This document shows, piece after piece, positions 27,234-36,855 of a stretch of 64,000 nt of DNA (position 1 is its first letter; each line of letters begins with the position of its first letter). The position numbers were made by a program, and so were the translations under genes. This stretch comes from Candidatus Colwellbacteria bacterium. Lineage in GTDB: Bacteria > Patescibacteriota > Minisyncoccia > UBA6257 > Colwellbacteraceae. Where the stretch lies: assembly GCA_016176525.1 (NCBI GenBank), contig JACOWZ010000003.1:385000-448999 (forward strand), written 5' to 3'. The notes under the pieces were generated by a model. The model did no database searches. It saw only the letters and a program-made list of their open reading frames with translations, and was not told the origin of the DNA.

Positions 27234-28292
27234 ATGGAACTAATATTCTTTGTTGTACTCACAATTGTTTTAATTGCCGGTTTCGGCCTGATTTTTTGGA
27301 CTTTACGCGGCGGTAAAGGCGAGGCTTCTGCGGGAAACTCGCTTAACCTTATTCAAAACCAGATAAACGAGCTTAATCGCACTTTAGACTCTAAACTTGG
27401 AGAATCGGGTAAGGCAATGCGCGAGCAGTTTTCTGAAAGCGCAAAGATTATTCGCGATGTAACCGAGAAACTAACCAGGCTTGATGAAACCAACAAGCAG
27501 GTTGTTAGTTTCGCGGACCAATTAAGGAGTTTGCAAGACATATTAAAAAATCCAAAACAGCGCGGAGTATTGGGTGAGTATTATCTTGAAACGCTTCTGA
27601 AAAATGTCTTGCCGCCTGATATATACAAAATGCAATATGCTTTTAAAAATGGTGATATTGTTGACGCCGTTGTTTTTGTAGGCAGGAAATCAGATGAGAA
27701 AATTATTCCGATTGATTCCAAATTTTCTTTAGAAAATTATAATCGGTTGGTTGAGGCAGCCGATAAGTCCGAAAAAGATCGCCTTGAGAAACTTTTTGTA
27801 AATGATCTCAAAAACAGAATTGTTGAGACATCAAAATATATCCGACCGGAGGAAGGGACTACTGACTTTGCTTTTATGTTTATTCCACATGAGGCAATTT
27901 ATTACGACCTATTAATTAACAAAGTTGGCGCAGTTTTGGAGGATACGGAAAATTTAATCCAGCGGGCCGCCGGTAAATACAAGGTTTTGATAGTTTCTCC
28001 AACTTCCTTTTTGGCATACCTGCAAACTGTTTTACAAGGCTTGCGTGCACTGAAAATAGAAGAATCTGCAAAAGAGATTAGGAAGCGGGTTGAGGAATTG
28101 GGCAAGCATATGTCGAGTTACGACACATATATGCAGAAGCTTGGTGCCCACCTTGGAACATCGGTAAATATGTATTCCAACGCGTACAAAGAGTTTAAAA
28201 AAATTGATAAAGACGTTTATCGTATAACCGGAGACAAAATGAATATTGAGCCTCTTACTGTGTCTGGCCCGGATTCGGCAGAAGATGAATAA
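27234..28292 (+). CDS. rmuC: DNA recombination protein RmuC
   Basis: RGVLGEYYLE, PIDSKF, KYI.P, TTDFAFMFIP, VSPTS. Confidence 0.93.
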   Translation: MELIFFVVLTIVLIAGFGLIFWTLRGGKGEASAGNSLNLIQNQINELNRTLDSKLGESGKAMREQFSESAKIIRDVTEKLTRLDETNKQVVSFADQLRSLQDILKNPKQRGVLGEYYLETLLKNVLPPDIYKMQYAFKNGDIVDAVVFVGRKSDEKIIPIDSKFSLENYNRLVEAADKSEKDRLEKLFVNDLKNRIVETSKYIRPEEGTTDFAFMFIPHEAIYYDLLINKVGAVLEDTENLIQRAAGKYKVLIVSPTSFLAYLQTVLQGLRALKIEESAKEIRKRVEELGKHMSSYDTYMQKLGAHLGTSVNMYSNAYKEFKKIDKDVYRITGDKMNIEPLTVSGPDSAEDE

Positions 28293-28983
28293 AGTTGGTA
28301 TACAGAAAAAGTGGAGTAAATTTAAACACCGCGTAGGGTTGTTCAATCACGTGCCTTTTGTTGATTTTGCTTTTGCGGCGGGGAGTATGGCGATGGGCTC
28401 GGCGCGCGAGGATTCGGATTTTGACGTAATAGTTGGTGCACGGCACGGCAGAATTTTTACAGTGCGCTTTTTTTCGCATTTATTTTTCGCCTTGCGCAAA
28501 TGGAGAGCAACCCATAATTCAGATTCTCACTTAGGTGTTATGATTAATCATAACACCAGATCTAAAACTGCAGATAAAATATGTTTAAATCATTTTGTAA
28601 CGCCAAAAAGCTATAAATTCTCACCGCCATATAACGAATATTGGAATAAACTGTATTCAAACCTTGTGCCCTTACTCGGAAACGAGCCGGAGATAGAAAA
28701 GTTTATAGATATGAACGATTGGGTGCGGCCGGAGAGAAAATATATGCGCAGCCCTTTCCATGAGAATTTTAAGCCATCGCGCATACGAAAGTTTTTAGAG
28801 CGCGCACTCTCCGGGCCGTTTGGAGACTATATTGAAATAAAACTAAAAGCTTTCCAGATAAAAAGGATAAAGAAAAGCGCGAGTGATCCATCACACTATA
28901 AACCGCGCATAATTTATAGCGACGACGAGCTGGAGTTCCATCCGGATACCAAGAGAATTGAAGAAATACTTACTAAAAAGTAG
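28285..28983 (+). CDS. Nucleotidyltransferase-fold protein
   Basis: AGSMA...SDFDVI (GS..DxD), DKICLNHF, LEFHP. Confidence 0.7.
   Translation: MNKVGIQKKWSKFKHRVGLFNHVPFVDFAFAAGSMAMGSAREDSDFDVIVGARHGRIFTVRFFSHLFFALRKWRATHNSDSHLGVMINHNTRSKTADKICLNHFVTPKSYKFSPPYNEYWNKLYSNLVPLLGNEPEIEKFIDMNDWVRPERKYMRSPFHENFKPSRIRKFLERALSGPFGDYIEIKLKAFQIKRIKKSASDPSHYKPRIIYSDDELEFHPDTKRIEEILTKK
28534..28557. repeat. 24-bp palindrome, copy 3, in-frame (GVMINHNT)
   Basis: GGTGTTATGATTAATCATAACACC (perfect palindrome). Confidence 0.95.
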
Positions 28984-29031
28984 GAATTCTAAATATGTTA
29001 CACTACTTATTAGTACCTTAGAGGTGTTCAT

Positions 29032-29637
29032 TTGAAAAACAAAGGAAGGATTATCGGATCGTCGCCGGCTGCCGACTTTAAAAATAGCACTGCGTGGGCG
29101 AATATAACTTGGCACATGCTTGATGACAAACCCTTTGGCAAACCATTTGTCGCGTCGTTCGGCTGGCGTAATGCGATGGCTTACATCTACAGTAAGACGG
29201 CATGCGACGCTCTTGTGTCGCAGTGGTGGAAGAAGAAGCGAGACCCTACAAGCCATGAAAGAAGAAATATCATTCGCCGGGAACGTCGGGACGGTTGGCG
29301 TACGGTGATGGTAAAGCTTGTTCCACTCCAGAAAGGCGAAGGCAGGCGTTCAGAAACCGACTTTTTGGGGGAAACTGGAATCGCTTGGGTGAACATTAAC
29401 ACACCCAGTCCAATCTGGCCGAACGAGAAACCGGGTGTCTGTGACGGATTCATAACAGGTGGTCCGGCAGCATTTGGCACTCGCAACGGCGCGATTGATT
29501 CCGCTATACACTGGCGCTGGTACAAGAAACGCAAGCCCACTGCCGCCGATAGGAGAAAAATTCTAGCTGGACTCCGCCGCGAAGGCTACCGCACTATTAT
29601 GGTAAAACTTGTGCTGGTAAAGCCACTTGAGCCTTAG
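29032..29637 (+). CDS. Hypothetical basic protein of two tandem homologous domains
   Basis: AW.NI...W.KKR.PT...RR.I....RR.G.RT.MVKLV occurs twice; TTG start with GAGGTG upstream; terminator 29630-29657. Confidence 0.65.
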   Translation: MKNKGRIIGSSPAADFKNSTAWANITWHMLDDKPFGKPFVASFGWRNAMAYIYSKTACDALVSQWWKKKRDPTSHERRNIIRRERRDGWRTVMVKLVPLQKGEGRRSETDFLGETGIAWVNINTPSPIWPNEKPGVCDGFITGGPAAFGTRNGAIDSAIHWRWYKKRKPTAADRRKILAGLRREGYRTIMVKLVLVKPLEP

Positions 29638-29668
29638 GAAAATTCCTAAGGCTTTTTATTAAAATGGT

Positions 29669-29697
29669 TTGACAATTAAGTCTTAGAGTTATATTCT
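29669..29697 (+). promoter_or_regulatory. Sigma70-type promoter
   Basis: TTGACA-N17-TATTCT; AGGAGG SD at 29719. Confidence 0.6.
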
Positions 29698-29731
29698 CTC
29701 GACCAGAACCCTAAAAATAGGAGGAATTGAA

Positions 29732-30115
29732 TTGGTTCAAAAAGTAAAACTCAGAGTTCCTAGGGCTGCAGAATATTCTGCTATTATGGGGACTCTAAAA
29801 GCGCTAAGCAACGAAACCAGATGCATGTTGCTGGCACTACTTCTTAAGGCCGGCAAAGACGGCCTACGTACGAATGAGCTTGCGAGTAAGGCTGGGATAT
29901 CGCAAAGTCTTACTACTAAACACTTGATGCCACTTACGCAGACACTCTTAGTTGTTAACTATGTTAAGAAGATTAAGGGTGAGCGTCCCATTGCGAGCAT
30001 TTACTATGCATCTACAGAGGGTGAAAAGTGGTTCCGCAAGCTTCGATTCTTGCAAGATGGCGGCGTTTTACTCCCTCTTCTTCCTGAAATCCAAAAGATA
30101 GCCTCACGAACGTGA
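29732..30115 (+). CDS. ArsR/SmtB-family winged-helix regulator
   Basis: LKALSNETRCMLL, ELASKAGISQSLTTKHL; terminator 30100-30124. Confidence 0.78.
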   Translation: MVQKVKLRVPRAAEYSAIMGTLKALSNETRCMLLALLLKAGKDGLRTNELASKAGISQSLTTKHLMPLTQTLLVVNYVKKIKGERPIASIYYASTEGEKWFRKLRFLQDGGVLLPLLPEIQKIASRT

Positions 30116-30173
30116 GGTTTTTTTATTCTTTTTTCACTAGCCACTAATCACTAGTCGCTATATACTTATTTCT

Positions 30174-32321
30174 ATGTTACTAAAGCGCTTGGAATTACAG
30201 GGGTTTAAGTCTTTTGCCGAGAAGACCGTTTTGGATTTAAACACACCCGTTACAGCAGTTGTTGGTCCGAATGGCAGCGGCAAATCTAATGTGACGGATG
30301 CCATCCGCTGGCTTTTAGGCGAGCGCGAAGCGCGCCATTTGCGGGGCGCAAAGGTAGAAGACTTAATCTTTGCAGGCACCGAAAAAAAGGCCCGCATGGG
30401 CCAAGCTCAGGCGACGCTAATCTTGGATAATTCGTCTGGTTATTTCCCCGTTGAATATGCAGAAGTGTCTGTTTCGCGCAAAATAAACCGTGACGGGGAT
30501 TCGCAGTTTTTTATAAACAAATCCGAAGTGCGGCTTAAAGATATTTTAGACTTTTTTGCAAAAACTCGCGTGGGTGCTAGGGGGCTTACAATAATTAGCC
30601 AGGGCGATAGCGATATGTTTTTGCGCGCGACCCCGGAAGAAAGGCGGGAGATGATGGAAGAAGTTTTGGGCCTAAAAGAGTACCAGTTGCGCAAAACAGA
30701 GAGTGAAAAGAGGCTTAAGACTACGCTTGAGAACTTAGACAAAGCCTCTGCTCTTATAGAAGAGATAAAGCCGCATATGCGGTTTTTGAAAAAGCAGGTG
30801 TCGCGCTACGAGAGCCGTGAGGTGCTATCGCACGAGCTAATGGATTTGGAGAATAATTTTTATGGCAAGAGGTTAAAAGTTTTTAGAACAGAGACTAAAA
30901 ATCTTAACACGCAAAGAGAATTGTTGGAGGCGGATATAAAACGCGAGGAAGCGAACTATAAAGAGCTTGAAGAGAATTTAAACAAAATTAAGGAGAGCGA
31001 ACCGAAAGAGGAAAAGGCAGTGGAAACCGATGATAAAGAGCGTGAAAAACTTTTGGCGCGCAGATCTGAGCTATCGCGCAGCTTCGGCAAAATTGAGGCG
31101 CAGTTAGAATTTGAAGCGGGGCAAAGAGCTGTTAAGAACGCCGGCGTAGACTTCGCCGCGCTTTTAAAGGAAGTAAGGGAAGTTGCGTACGCGCTGTTGC
31201 AAGAAACTGAAATCCAAAATATTTATACAAAGCTAGGTACTATTGTCAAAAAAATAGACGAAATTTTTACAGATGGCGATAAAGCGCAGAGCAAGGCTCT
31301 TATTGAGGCGCAAAATAAATTAGCAGGGGAGCTTGCCCGACTAGACAAAGAGATTAAAGATATAACGAAGCGTGAAGAAGAAGAGCGCTCACGCATGCTA
31401 AGTTTTAGTAAAGACTTTACCGATGCTTACGAAAAAGCGGAAATGCAGAGAAAAAAACTGGAGAGTGTCAAACAAGAAAAACAGAAAACTCAGTTTGCGA
31501 TAGAAAAAGTAGAGCTTCAGACGTCTAACTTAAAAGAAGAGTTAAGCCAGATTGGGCGCACACTTGAATCTATTGAAAATTTTGCAGTTACCGAGATTAG
31601 TGCTTTAGATGAAAATACTGCAATAAAACGCATGTATCGTCTGCGTGGAGAGCTGGCGGGTATTGGCGAGTTGGATGAAAATCTACTTAAAGAAGCGCGC
31701 GAGACTGAAGAAAGGCACACATTCTTAACTTCGCAGGTAGAAGATTTGCAAAAAGCCACAAACGACCTAAAAACTCTTATAAAAGAACTTGATGAGAAAA
31801 TTAAGCACGATTTTACGGATGCGCTAAAGTCAATAAACAACGAGCTAACAAGTTTTATGACTCTTATGTTCGGCGGAGGCAGAGCGAAACTTGTGGCGAA
31901 GCAACTAAATAACGAAATAATAGAGCAACAAAATAACAAGACAGATGTAGAAGATAGCCGGATTGGTATAGATGTTGAGTTGTCTTTGCCGCGCAAGCGC
32001 CTAAAGGGGCTCGAAGTGCTCTCTGGGGGCGAGAGGGCGCTTGTTTCTGTGTCAATACTTTTTGCCCTTATTTCTGTTAGCCCGCCGCCGTTTTTGGTGC
32101 TTGATGAGGTTGACGCACCCCTTGATGAGGCAAATGCCAAGAGGTTTAGCAATATTATTCGCGATATGTCTAAAAAAACGCAGTTTATTATTGTTACGCA
32201 CAACCGCGCAACTATGGAAGCTGCAGACTTTCTGTATGGAGTTACTATGGGGGCAGATGGCGCTTCGCGTGTTTTGTCACTAAAGTTGGAGGCGGCAAAA
32301 GAAGCTGTTGCGGCGGCATAG
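30174..32321 (+). CDS. smc: SMC-family chromosome segregation ATPase (short, no recognisable hinge)
   Basis: GFKSFA, GPNGSGKSN, ISQG, LSGGE, LDEVDAPLD, VTHN. Confidence 0.9.
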   Translation: MLLKRLELQGFKSFAEKTVLDLNTPVTAVVGPNGSGKSNVTDAIRWLLGEREARHLRGAKVEDLIFAGTEKKARMGQAQATLILDNSSGYFPVEYAEVSVSRKINRDGDSQFFINKSEVRLKDILDFFAKTRVGARGLTIISQGDSDMFLRATPEERREMMEEVLGLKEYQLRKTESEKRLKTTLENLDKASALIEEIKPHMRFLKKQVSRYESREVLSHELMDLENNFYGKRLKVFRTETKNLNTQRELLEADIKREEANYKELEENLNKIKESEPKEEKAVETDDKEREKLLARRSELSRSFGKIEAQLEFEAGQRAVKNAGVDFAALLKEVREVAYALLQETEIQNIYTKLGTIVKKIDEIFTDGDKAQSKALIEAQNKLAGELARLDKEIKDITKREEEERSRMLSFSKDFTDAYEKAEMQRKKLESVKQEKQKTQFAIEKVELQTSNLKEELSQIGRTLESIENFAVTEISALDENTAIKRMYRLRGELAGIGELDENLLKEARETEERHTFLTSQVEDLQKATNDLKTLIKELDEKIKHDFTDALKSINNELTSFMTLMFGGGRAKLVAKQLNNEIIEQQNNKTDVEDSRIGIDVELSLPRKRLKGLEVLSGGERALVSVSILFALISVSPPPFLVLDEVDAPLDEANAKRFSNIIRDMSKKTQFIIVTHNRATMEAADFLYGVTMGADGASRVLSLKLEAAKEAVAAA

Positions 32322-32360
32322 AGTTGACAGAGAGACGGTATAATGTAAGATATACCAACA

Positions 32361-32738
32361 ATGTTAGCTATTAAATTAAGAAATGTTGGCAAAAAACATC
32401 AGAGGTCTTTTAGGTTTATCGTAAAAGAAAAAAGATCTAAGGTGCAAGGCAAGTTTATAGAAGATTTAGGCTGGTACAATCCGAGTACCGATAAGTTTGA
32501 AGTAAACAAAGACCGCGCGGTGTATTGGTTGGGCGTTGGTGCAAAGCCGACTATGACTGTTGCACAGATCTTAAAGAAGTCCGGAGTTAAATTGCCAGAG
32601 GGCATTAAGACTTCTAGAACTTATTCTATAAAGAAGAAAGAGGAGGAGAAAAAGGAAGGGGTGGCTAAACCCGAAGCAGTTAACACTGCAGCAGAAACAA
32701 AACCAGAAGAACAGAAAAAGGTCGAGGAGAAAAAATAA
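32361..32738 (+). CDS. rpsP: 30S ribosomal protein S16
   Basis: IKLRNVGKK, FIEDLGWYNP, YWLGVGAKPT. Confidence 0.96.
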   Translation: MLAIKLRNVGKKHQRSFRFIVKEKRSKVQGKFIEDLGWYNPSTDKFEVNKDRAVYWLGVGAKPTMTVAQILKKSGVKLPEGIKTSRTYSIKKKEEEKKEGVAKPEAVNTAAETKPEEQKKVEEKK

Positions 32739-32759
32739 TCAGAAATTCTAAAATCAGAA

Positions 32760-33104
32760 ATGGCAGTTGAGCAAGATGAAAAGTTTTTGGAGTTTGTAGT
32801 AAAGTCCATCGTTGACAATCCAGACGATGTAAAAATTGAAAGGAAAGTTGACGAAATGGGAGTGCTACTCACTCTAAAGGTGAACTCTAAGGATATGGGG
32901 CAGGTTGTTGGCCGCGAGGGCAACACAGCCAAGTCTATTCGCTCGCTTCTGCGCATAGTTGGCATTAAGCACAATGCCCGCGTTAATTTAAAGATTGACG
33001 AGCCGGATGGCGGCAGAGGTCCGAAACCAAGAGAAGAAAAGTCAGCGGACACCAACTTGGGTTCAGTCAATAAAGTGATTGAAGATATAAAAGATGTAGA
33101 ATAA
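32760..33104 (+). CDS. khpA: KH-domain RNA-binding protein KhpA
   Basis: IVDNPDDV, DMGQVVGREG.TAKSIR; position after rpsP. Confidence 0.88.
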   Translation: MAVEQDEKFLEFVVKSIVDNPDDVKIERKVDEMGVLLTLKVNSKDMGQVVGREGNTAKSIRSLLRIVGIKHNARVNLKIDEPDGGRGPKPREEKSADTNLGSVNKVIEDIKDVE

Positions 33105-33135
33105 AAAAACCGCCCCCACCGGGGCGGTTTTTTTT
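33103..33135 (+). terminator. Intrinsic terminator
   Basis: AAAAAAACCGCCCC-CACC-GGGGCGGTTTTTTT. Confidence 0.85.
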
Positions 33136-33151
33136 ATACTATAATACTATT

Positions 33152-33820
33152 ATGCAATTTGATGTAATAACCCTATTCCCAAAGGTTTTAGAGCCGTATT
33201 TAAATGAATCTATTTTGGGCCGGGCGGTTAGGAATAACTTAATAACCGTAAAACTACATAACCTACGTAACTTTAGCAGAGATAAACACAAGAAAGTTGA
33301 TGATAGGCAGTATGGCGGCGGGCCGGGGATGGTATTGCAAATTAAACCTATAATAACTGCGGTAACAAAGGTAACAGTCAGCAAAGTAACAAATAAACCT
33401 AAAGTAATTATTTTTTCGGCGGCTGGTAAGCAATTTGATGACAAAATGGCGCGGAGATTTGCAAAGGAGAAAAGCTTAGTGCTTGTCGCCGGCCGGTATG
33501 AGGGAATTGACGCGCGTGTACTGAAAATATTAAAAGACCAAGGTTATAAAGCAGAAGAAGTTTCTATTGGTCCATATATACTAACTGGCGGGGAGATTCC
33601 TGCGCTTGCTGTGATTGATGCGGTAGCTCGCAAGATTCCCGGAGTACTGGGCAAAAGCGAATCCTTGGAAGAAAAGCGTTTTGGCGCAGGCGTGCCGGTT
33701 TACACACGGCCAGAGGTATTTGAGTATAAGGGTAAAAAGTACAGGGTGCCTAATGCGCTTTTATCTGGGCACCATAAGAAGATAGAGGAATGGCGCACCA
33801 AAAAGCGCAAATTGACCTAA
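33152..33820 (+). CDS. trmD: tRNA (guanine37-N1)-methyltransferase
   Basis: VDDRQYGGGPGMV, GRYEGIDAR, SIGPYILTGGE, YTRP. Confidence 0.96.
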   Translation: MQFDVITLFPKVLEPYLNESILGRAVRNNLITVKLHNLRNFSRDKHKKVDDRQYGGGPGMVLQIKPIITAVTKVTVSKVTNKPKVIIFSAAGKQFDDKMARRFAKEKSLVLVAGRYEGIDARVLKILKDQGYKAEEVSIGPYILTGGEIPALAVIDAVARKIPGVLGKSESLEEKRFGAGVPVYTRPEVFEYKGKKYRVPNALLSGHHKKIEEWRTKKRKLT

Positions 33821-33852
33821 TTTGTAAATTGATATAGTATTATCCATACTTT

Positions 33853-34686
33853 ATGGTTAAAAAAGATACAGCTTTGGAGAACGAAGTTTCGGACGATGTA
33901 AAATCTGCAGAGTCCGAAATCGCGCTTACATCCGACGAAGAGAATCAAATTCGCCAAATGGTTGAGGCCGGGGTTTTTTATGGATTTTCAAAATCCAAAA
34001 CGAACCCAAAGATGAAGCCGTATATCTTGTCTAACAGGTCTGGAGTAGAAATTATTGATTTGCGGCAGACTATGCATTTTTTGCAGACTGCGGCTCTTGC
34101 TATAAAAGAAAAAATTGCAACTGGGGCTAAGGTACTTTTCGTTGGCACAACGCCTTCAGCTAGAAGCTTTGCTAAGGCATTTGCGGAACGCAATGGTATG
34201 CCCTATGTTGCAGAGCGCTGGCTTGGCGGCACCCTTACTAACTTTAAGACTATCTCTGAACGCATAAAGTATTTTAGAAAACTTAAAGAAGACAAGGCGG
34301 GTGGCAAACTGCAAAAATATACAAAAAAAGAAAGATTAGAAATAGATGAAGAGCTTATAAAACTAGAAAGGCTCTTTAAAGGAATTGACGAAATGGATCA
34401 ATTGCCGGGTATGCTTGTAATAACCGATACCGTGCAAGAGGTGACTGCAGTTAGAGAAGCGCGTAAAGTTAAAATTCCGTCTGTTGGTTTTGTAAATACG
34501 AATGGCGACCCGAAAGCGGTTAATTACCCTGTGCCCATGAACAACAGAAATCCCAAGAGTGTAGAGTTTATGTTTTCTTATCTTGAAAAATTTGTTGAGG
34601 AAGGTAAGCGAGATGCAGAGACTAAATTGCGAAAAGAGGCTATACAAGCATCAAAACGAGACGAAGGAACAAGGGAAAATGTTTAA
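33853..34686 (+). CDS. rpsB: 30S ribosomal protein S2
   Basis: [24 protein letters not shown]. Confidence 0.96.
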   Translation: MVKKDTALENEVSDDVKSAESEIALTSDEENQIRQMVEAGVFYGFSKSKTNPKMKPYILSNRSGVEIIDLRQTMHFLQTAALAIKEKIATGAKVLFVGTTPSARSFAKAFAERNGMPYVAERWLGGTLTNFKTISERIKYFRKLKEDKAGGKLQKYTKKERLEIDEELIKLERLFKGIDEMDQLPGMLVITDTVQEVTAVREARKVKIPSVGFVNTNGDPKAVNYPVPMNNRNPKSVEFMFSYLEKFVEEGKRDAETKLRKEAIQASKRDEGTRENV

Positions 34687-34688
34687 AA

Positions 34689-35135
34689 ATGTTTAAGGCA
34701 GAAGACGTCCAAAAACTTAGAGCCCAAACCGGCGCCGGTGTTATGGAGTGCAAACGCGCCCTAGAAGATGCTGCTGGTGATTTTGATAGGGCTGTGGAGT
34801 TAATACAAGAAAGAGGGTTTACTAAGGCAGAGAAAAGAGCAGGCAGGTCTGCAAGTGCTGGGTTGGTGCACTCTTACGTGCACAACGGTAGGGTTGGCGT
34901 GCTTTTGGAGTTGAATTGTGAAACGGACTTTGTTGCTAAAAACGAAGAGTTTAAAAATCTTGCACACGAGCTTGTAATGCAAATCGCAGCTATGAATCCG
35001 CAAGATGATAAAGAGTTTTTAGAACAGGAATATATTAAAGACAGCTCAATTACAATTAAAGCGCTTATAAAAAGCGCAATAGCAAAAATAGGAGAGAATA
35101 TTAAAGTAGGCAGGTTTATCCGTTACGAGTTATAA
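34689..35135 (+). CDS. tsf: Elongation factor Ts (short form)
   Basis: [23 protein letters not shown]. Confidence 0.96.
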   Translation: MFKAEDVQKLRAQTGAGVMECKRALEDAAGDFDRAVELIQERGFTKAEKRAGRSASAGLVHSYVHNGRVGVLLELNCETDFVAKNEEFKNLAHELVMQIAAMNPQDDKEFLEQEYIKDSSITIKALIKSAIAKIGENIKVGRFIRYEL

Positions 35136-35142
35136 TAACTTT

Positions 35143-35439
35143 ATGTACGATTTGTTTTTGCAGCTTGCGCTTATGTTTTCCCTTGGAGCTATAGTTTATT
35201 TAGTAACTATTGCTGTGCCGCGCGTTAAAGGCGGCGAGGAGTCTAGTCCTGTAAACGGCATTCTTTCTAAAGTGCCGTTACACAGGGTGGATAGCGCGAT
35301 AAGTAAATATCGCGACAAGTTTTTAAGAAGGCTTAAGGTTCTAATAATGAAGGCCGACAATATTGTCGGCAAGCGGCTACAGAAAGACAAAGACAGCGAC
35401 AACTTGAAAAATGGCTCCGATTCGCCTAAATTAGAATAG
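35143..35439 (+). CDS. Hypothetical membrane-anchored protein
   Basis: N-terminal TM, ORF follows tsf closely. Confidence 0.65.
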   Translation: MYDLFLQLALMFSLGAIVYLVTIAVPRVKGGEESSPVNGILSKVPLHRVDSAISKYRDKFLRRLKVLIMKADNIVGKRLQKDKDSDNLKNGSDSPKLE

Positions 35440-35449
35440 CTGGAAATAA

Positions 35450-35533
35450 GGGCAGATGGCGGAGTGGTCAATCGCACGACGCTGTAAACGTCGCGGCTTT
35501 ATGCCTACGCAGGTTCGAATCCTGCTCTGCCCA
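35450..35533 (+). tRNA. tRNA-Tyr(GTA)
   Basis: GGGCAGA/TCTGCCC stem, CT-GTA-AA loop, long variable arm, GGTTCGAATCC. Confidence 0.95.
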
Positions 35534-35535
35534 CA

Positions 35536-35709
35536 AATCAAAAATGGATTGTCTTGCGCAATCCTATTTTTGATTTATGATGGTTAGATTAAGACAGGAT
35601 TCGAAGACCGCAGCGAAATCCGCCAGCTGGCGGATGAGCGAGGGGCGGCCTGCGAGCGCGACGAGCGACGGCGAGGAGCGACTTGTAGGAGAATCCTGCT
35701 CTGCCCACA
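35536..35709 (+). repeat. tRNA-Tyr-linked element ending in a duplicated tRNA 3' end
   Basis: 19-bp direct repeat 35517-35535 = 35691-35709; antisense T-arm CAGGATTCGAA at 35595-35605. Confidence 0.85.
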
Positions 35710-35740
35710 GTTCGACTCTATGGAACCGTAATATAACTCT

Positions 35741-36331
35741 ATGACCAAACGTACTAAAAAGATTATTGATTTTTTGTACGAGATCGAGAAATTCAAACTC
35801 GTTGAAAGGCGGACATATTTGTCGAATCAAAAGAGGCATGAATCTGATGCCGAGCATGAGTGGCATATGGCGATGATGATTTGGCTTTTCTCAACTGTTA
35901 TAAAGAAAAAGTTTGATGTGTTTCATGCGATGAAACTCGCACTTGTGCATGACTTGCCGGAGATTTATGCAGGGGATACGTATAGGTTCGATCCTAAAGG
36001 CAATAATACAAAGAGAGCGCGTGAGGTGAAGGCGGCTCGCAAACTCTTTGCTCAACTACCTAAAGATTTAGATAAAGAATTCTGGGCGCTCTGGGATGAG
36101 TACGAAGAAAATAAAACTTATGAGGCTAGAATTGTGCATTTCGTTGATGGAACAAATCCAGGTATTCAGAATATGGTTTCAAAAGCCAAAGCATGGAAAG
36201 AGAATAAATTAGATAGGAAAAGCGTATTCAAGAGGAGAGATGAATTGCTTCAATATATCGACAGCAAAGAACTTAAGGATTGGCTCAATTCGTTAGTTGA
36301 TGAAGCTGTAAAAAAGAAGTATCTTATTTAA
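35741..36331 (+). CDS. HD-domain phosphohydrolase (YfbR/HDDC2-like)
   Basis: ESDAEHEW, ALVHDLPEIYAGD, LWDEYE, EARIV..VD. Confidence 0.88.
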   Translation: MTKRTKKIIDFLYEIEKFKLVERRTYLSNQKRHESDAEHEWHMAMMIWLFSTVIKKKFDVFHAMKLALVHDLPEIYAGDTYRFDPKGNNTKRAREVKAARKLFAQLPKDLDKEFWALWDEYEENKTYEARIVHFVDGTNPGIQNMVSKAKAWKENKLDRKSVFKRRDELLQYIDSKELKDWLNSLVDEAVKKKYLI

Positions 36332-36339
36332 GTAATTTT

Positions 36340-36411
36340 GCCGCCCTAGCTCAACGGCAGAGCAACTCTTTTGTAAAGAGTAGGTTGGGGGTTCGATTCC
36401 TCTGGGCGGCT
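36340..36411 (+). tRNA. tRNA-Thr(TGT)
   Basis: GCCGCCC/GGGCGGC stem, TT-TGT-AA loop, GGTTCGATTCC. Confidence 0.93.
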
Positions 36412-36415
36412 CAAA

Positions 36416-36754
36416 ATGCCAAAGCAGGAGTTAATAAATTTAGAGCCAGAGAAACCATCTATAACAAAACTTAAAGAGGCTATATTTTCTTCTCCTGAAA
36501 AAATAGAGAGCGAGCTTGCTAAGGGCGGCAATGATTGGCTTGCTTGTTTTACAACAAGAGTGCAGGTTATAGAGGCGCTTTTTGGAAGCGCAATTAATGA
36601 TTTAGACGAGAGCGAAGACACGCGTTATAAAGAAAATATAGATTCGCTCAAAAAACATTTAGAAGAAGTTAGAGGGCGCTATCCTGTAGATGAAGAAGAT
36701 CCGCCGAAATATATAAAGAGCGAGCTTTTAGGTATGCTGGATATTTTGCACTGA
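36416..36754 (+). CDS. Hypothetical protein
   Basis: 112-aa helical ORF between two tRNAs. Confidence 0.55.
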   Translation: MPKQELINLEPEKPSITKLKEAIFSSPEKIESELAKGGNDWLACFTTRVQVIEALFGSAINDLDESEDTRYKENIDSLKKHLEEVRGRYPVDEEDPPKYIKSELLGMLDILH

Positions 36755-36779
36755 AGCATTTAGAATGTATTTACGCTTC

Positions 36780-36852
36780 GCCAATGTAGCTCAGTCGGTA
36801 GAGCAACTCCATGGTAAGGAGTAGGTCGCCGGTTCAATTCCGGCCATTGGCT
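36780..36852 (+). tRNA. tRNA-Thr(GGT)
   Basis: GCCAATG/CATTGGC stem, AT-GGT-AA loop, GGTTCAATTCC. Confidence 0.93.
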
Positions 36853-36855
36853 CAA

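Noticed and set aside
31517-32392. 291-aa minus-strand ORF, plus other long antisense ORFs (39536-40222, 53210-53848, 57890-58405, 60898-61437)
   Set aside because: They lie opposite well-supported genes (smc, secA, pilMN, pilB, large pilin), have Ser/Phe-rich shadow composition and carry no motifs.
32361-35135. Missing rimM/rplS and short EF-Ts as novelties
   Set aside because: Both are consistent with ordinary genome reduction and rearrangement, and short EF-Ts forms are known in several phyla.
35564-35866. Minus-strand ORFs across the tRNA-Tyr element; similar ORFs at 25869-26129 and 50823-51032
   Set aside because: They are chance open frames through GC-rich structured repeats and overlap real genes.
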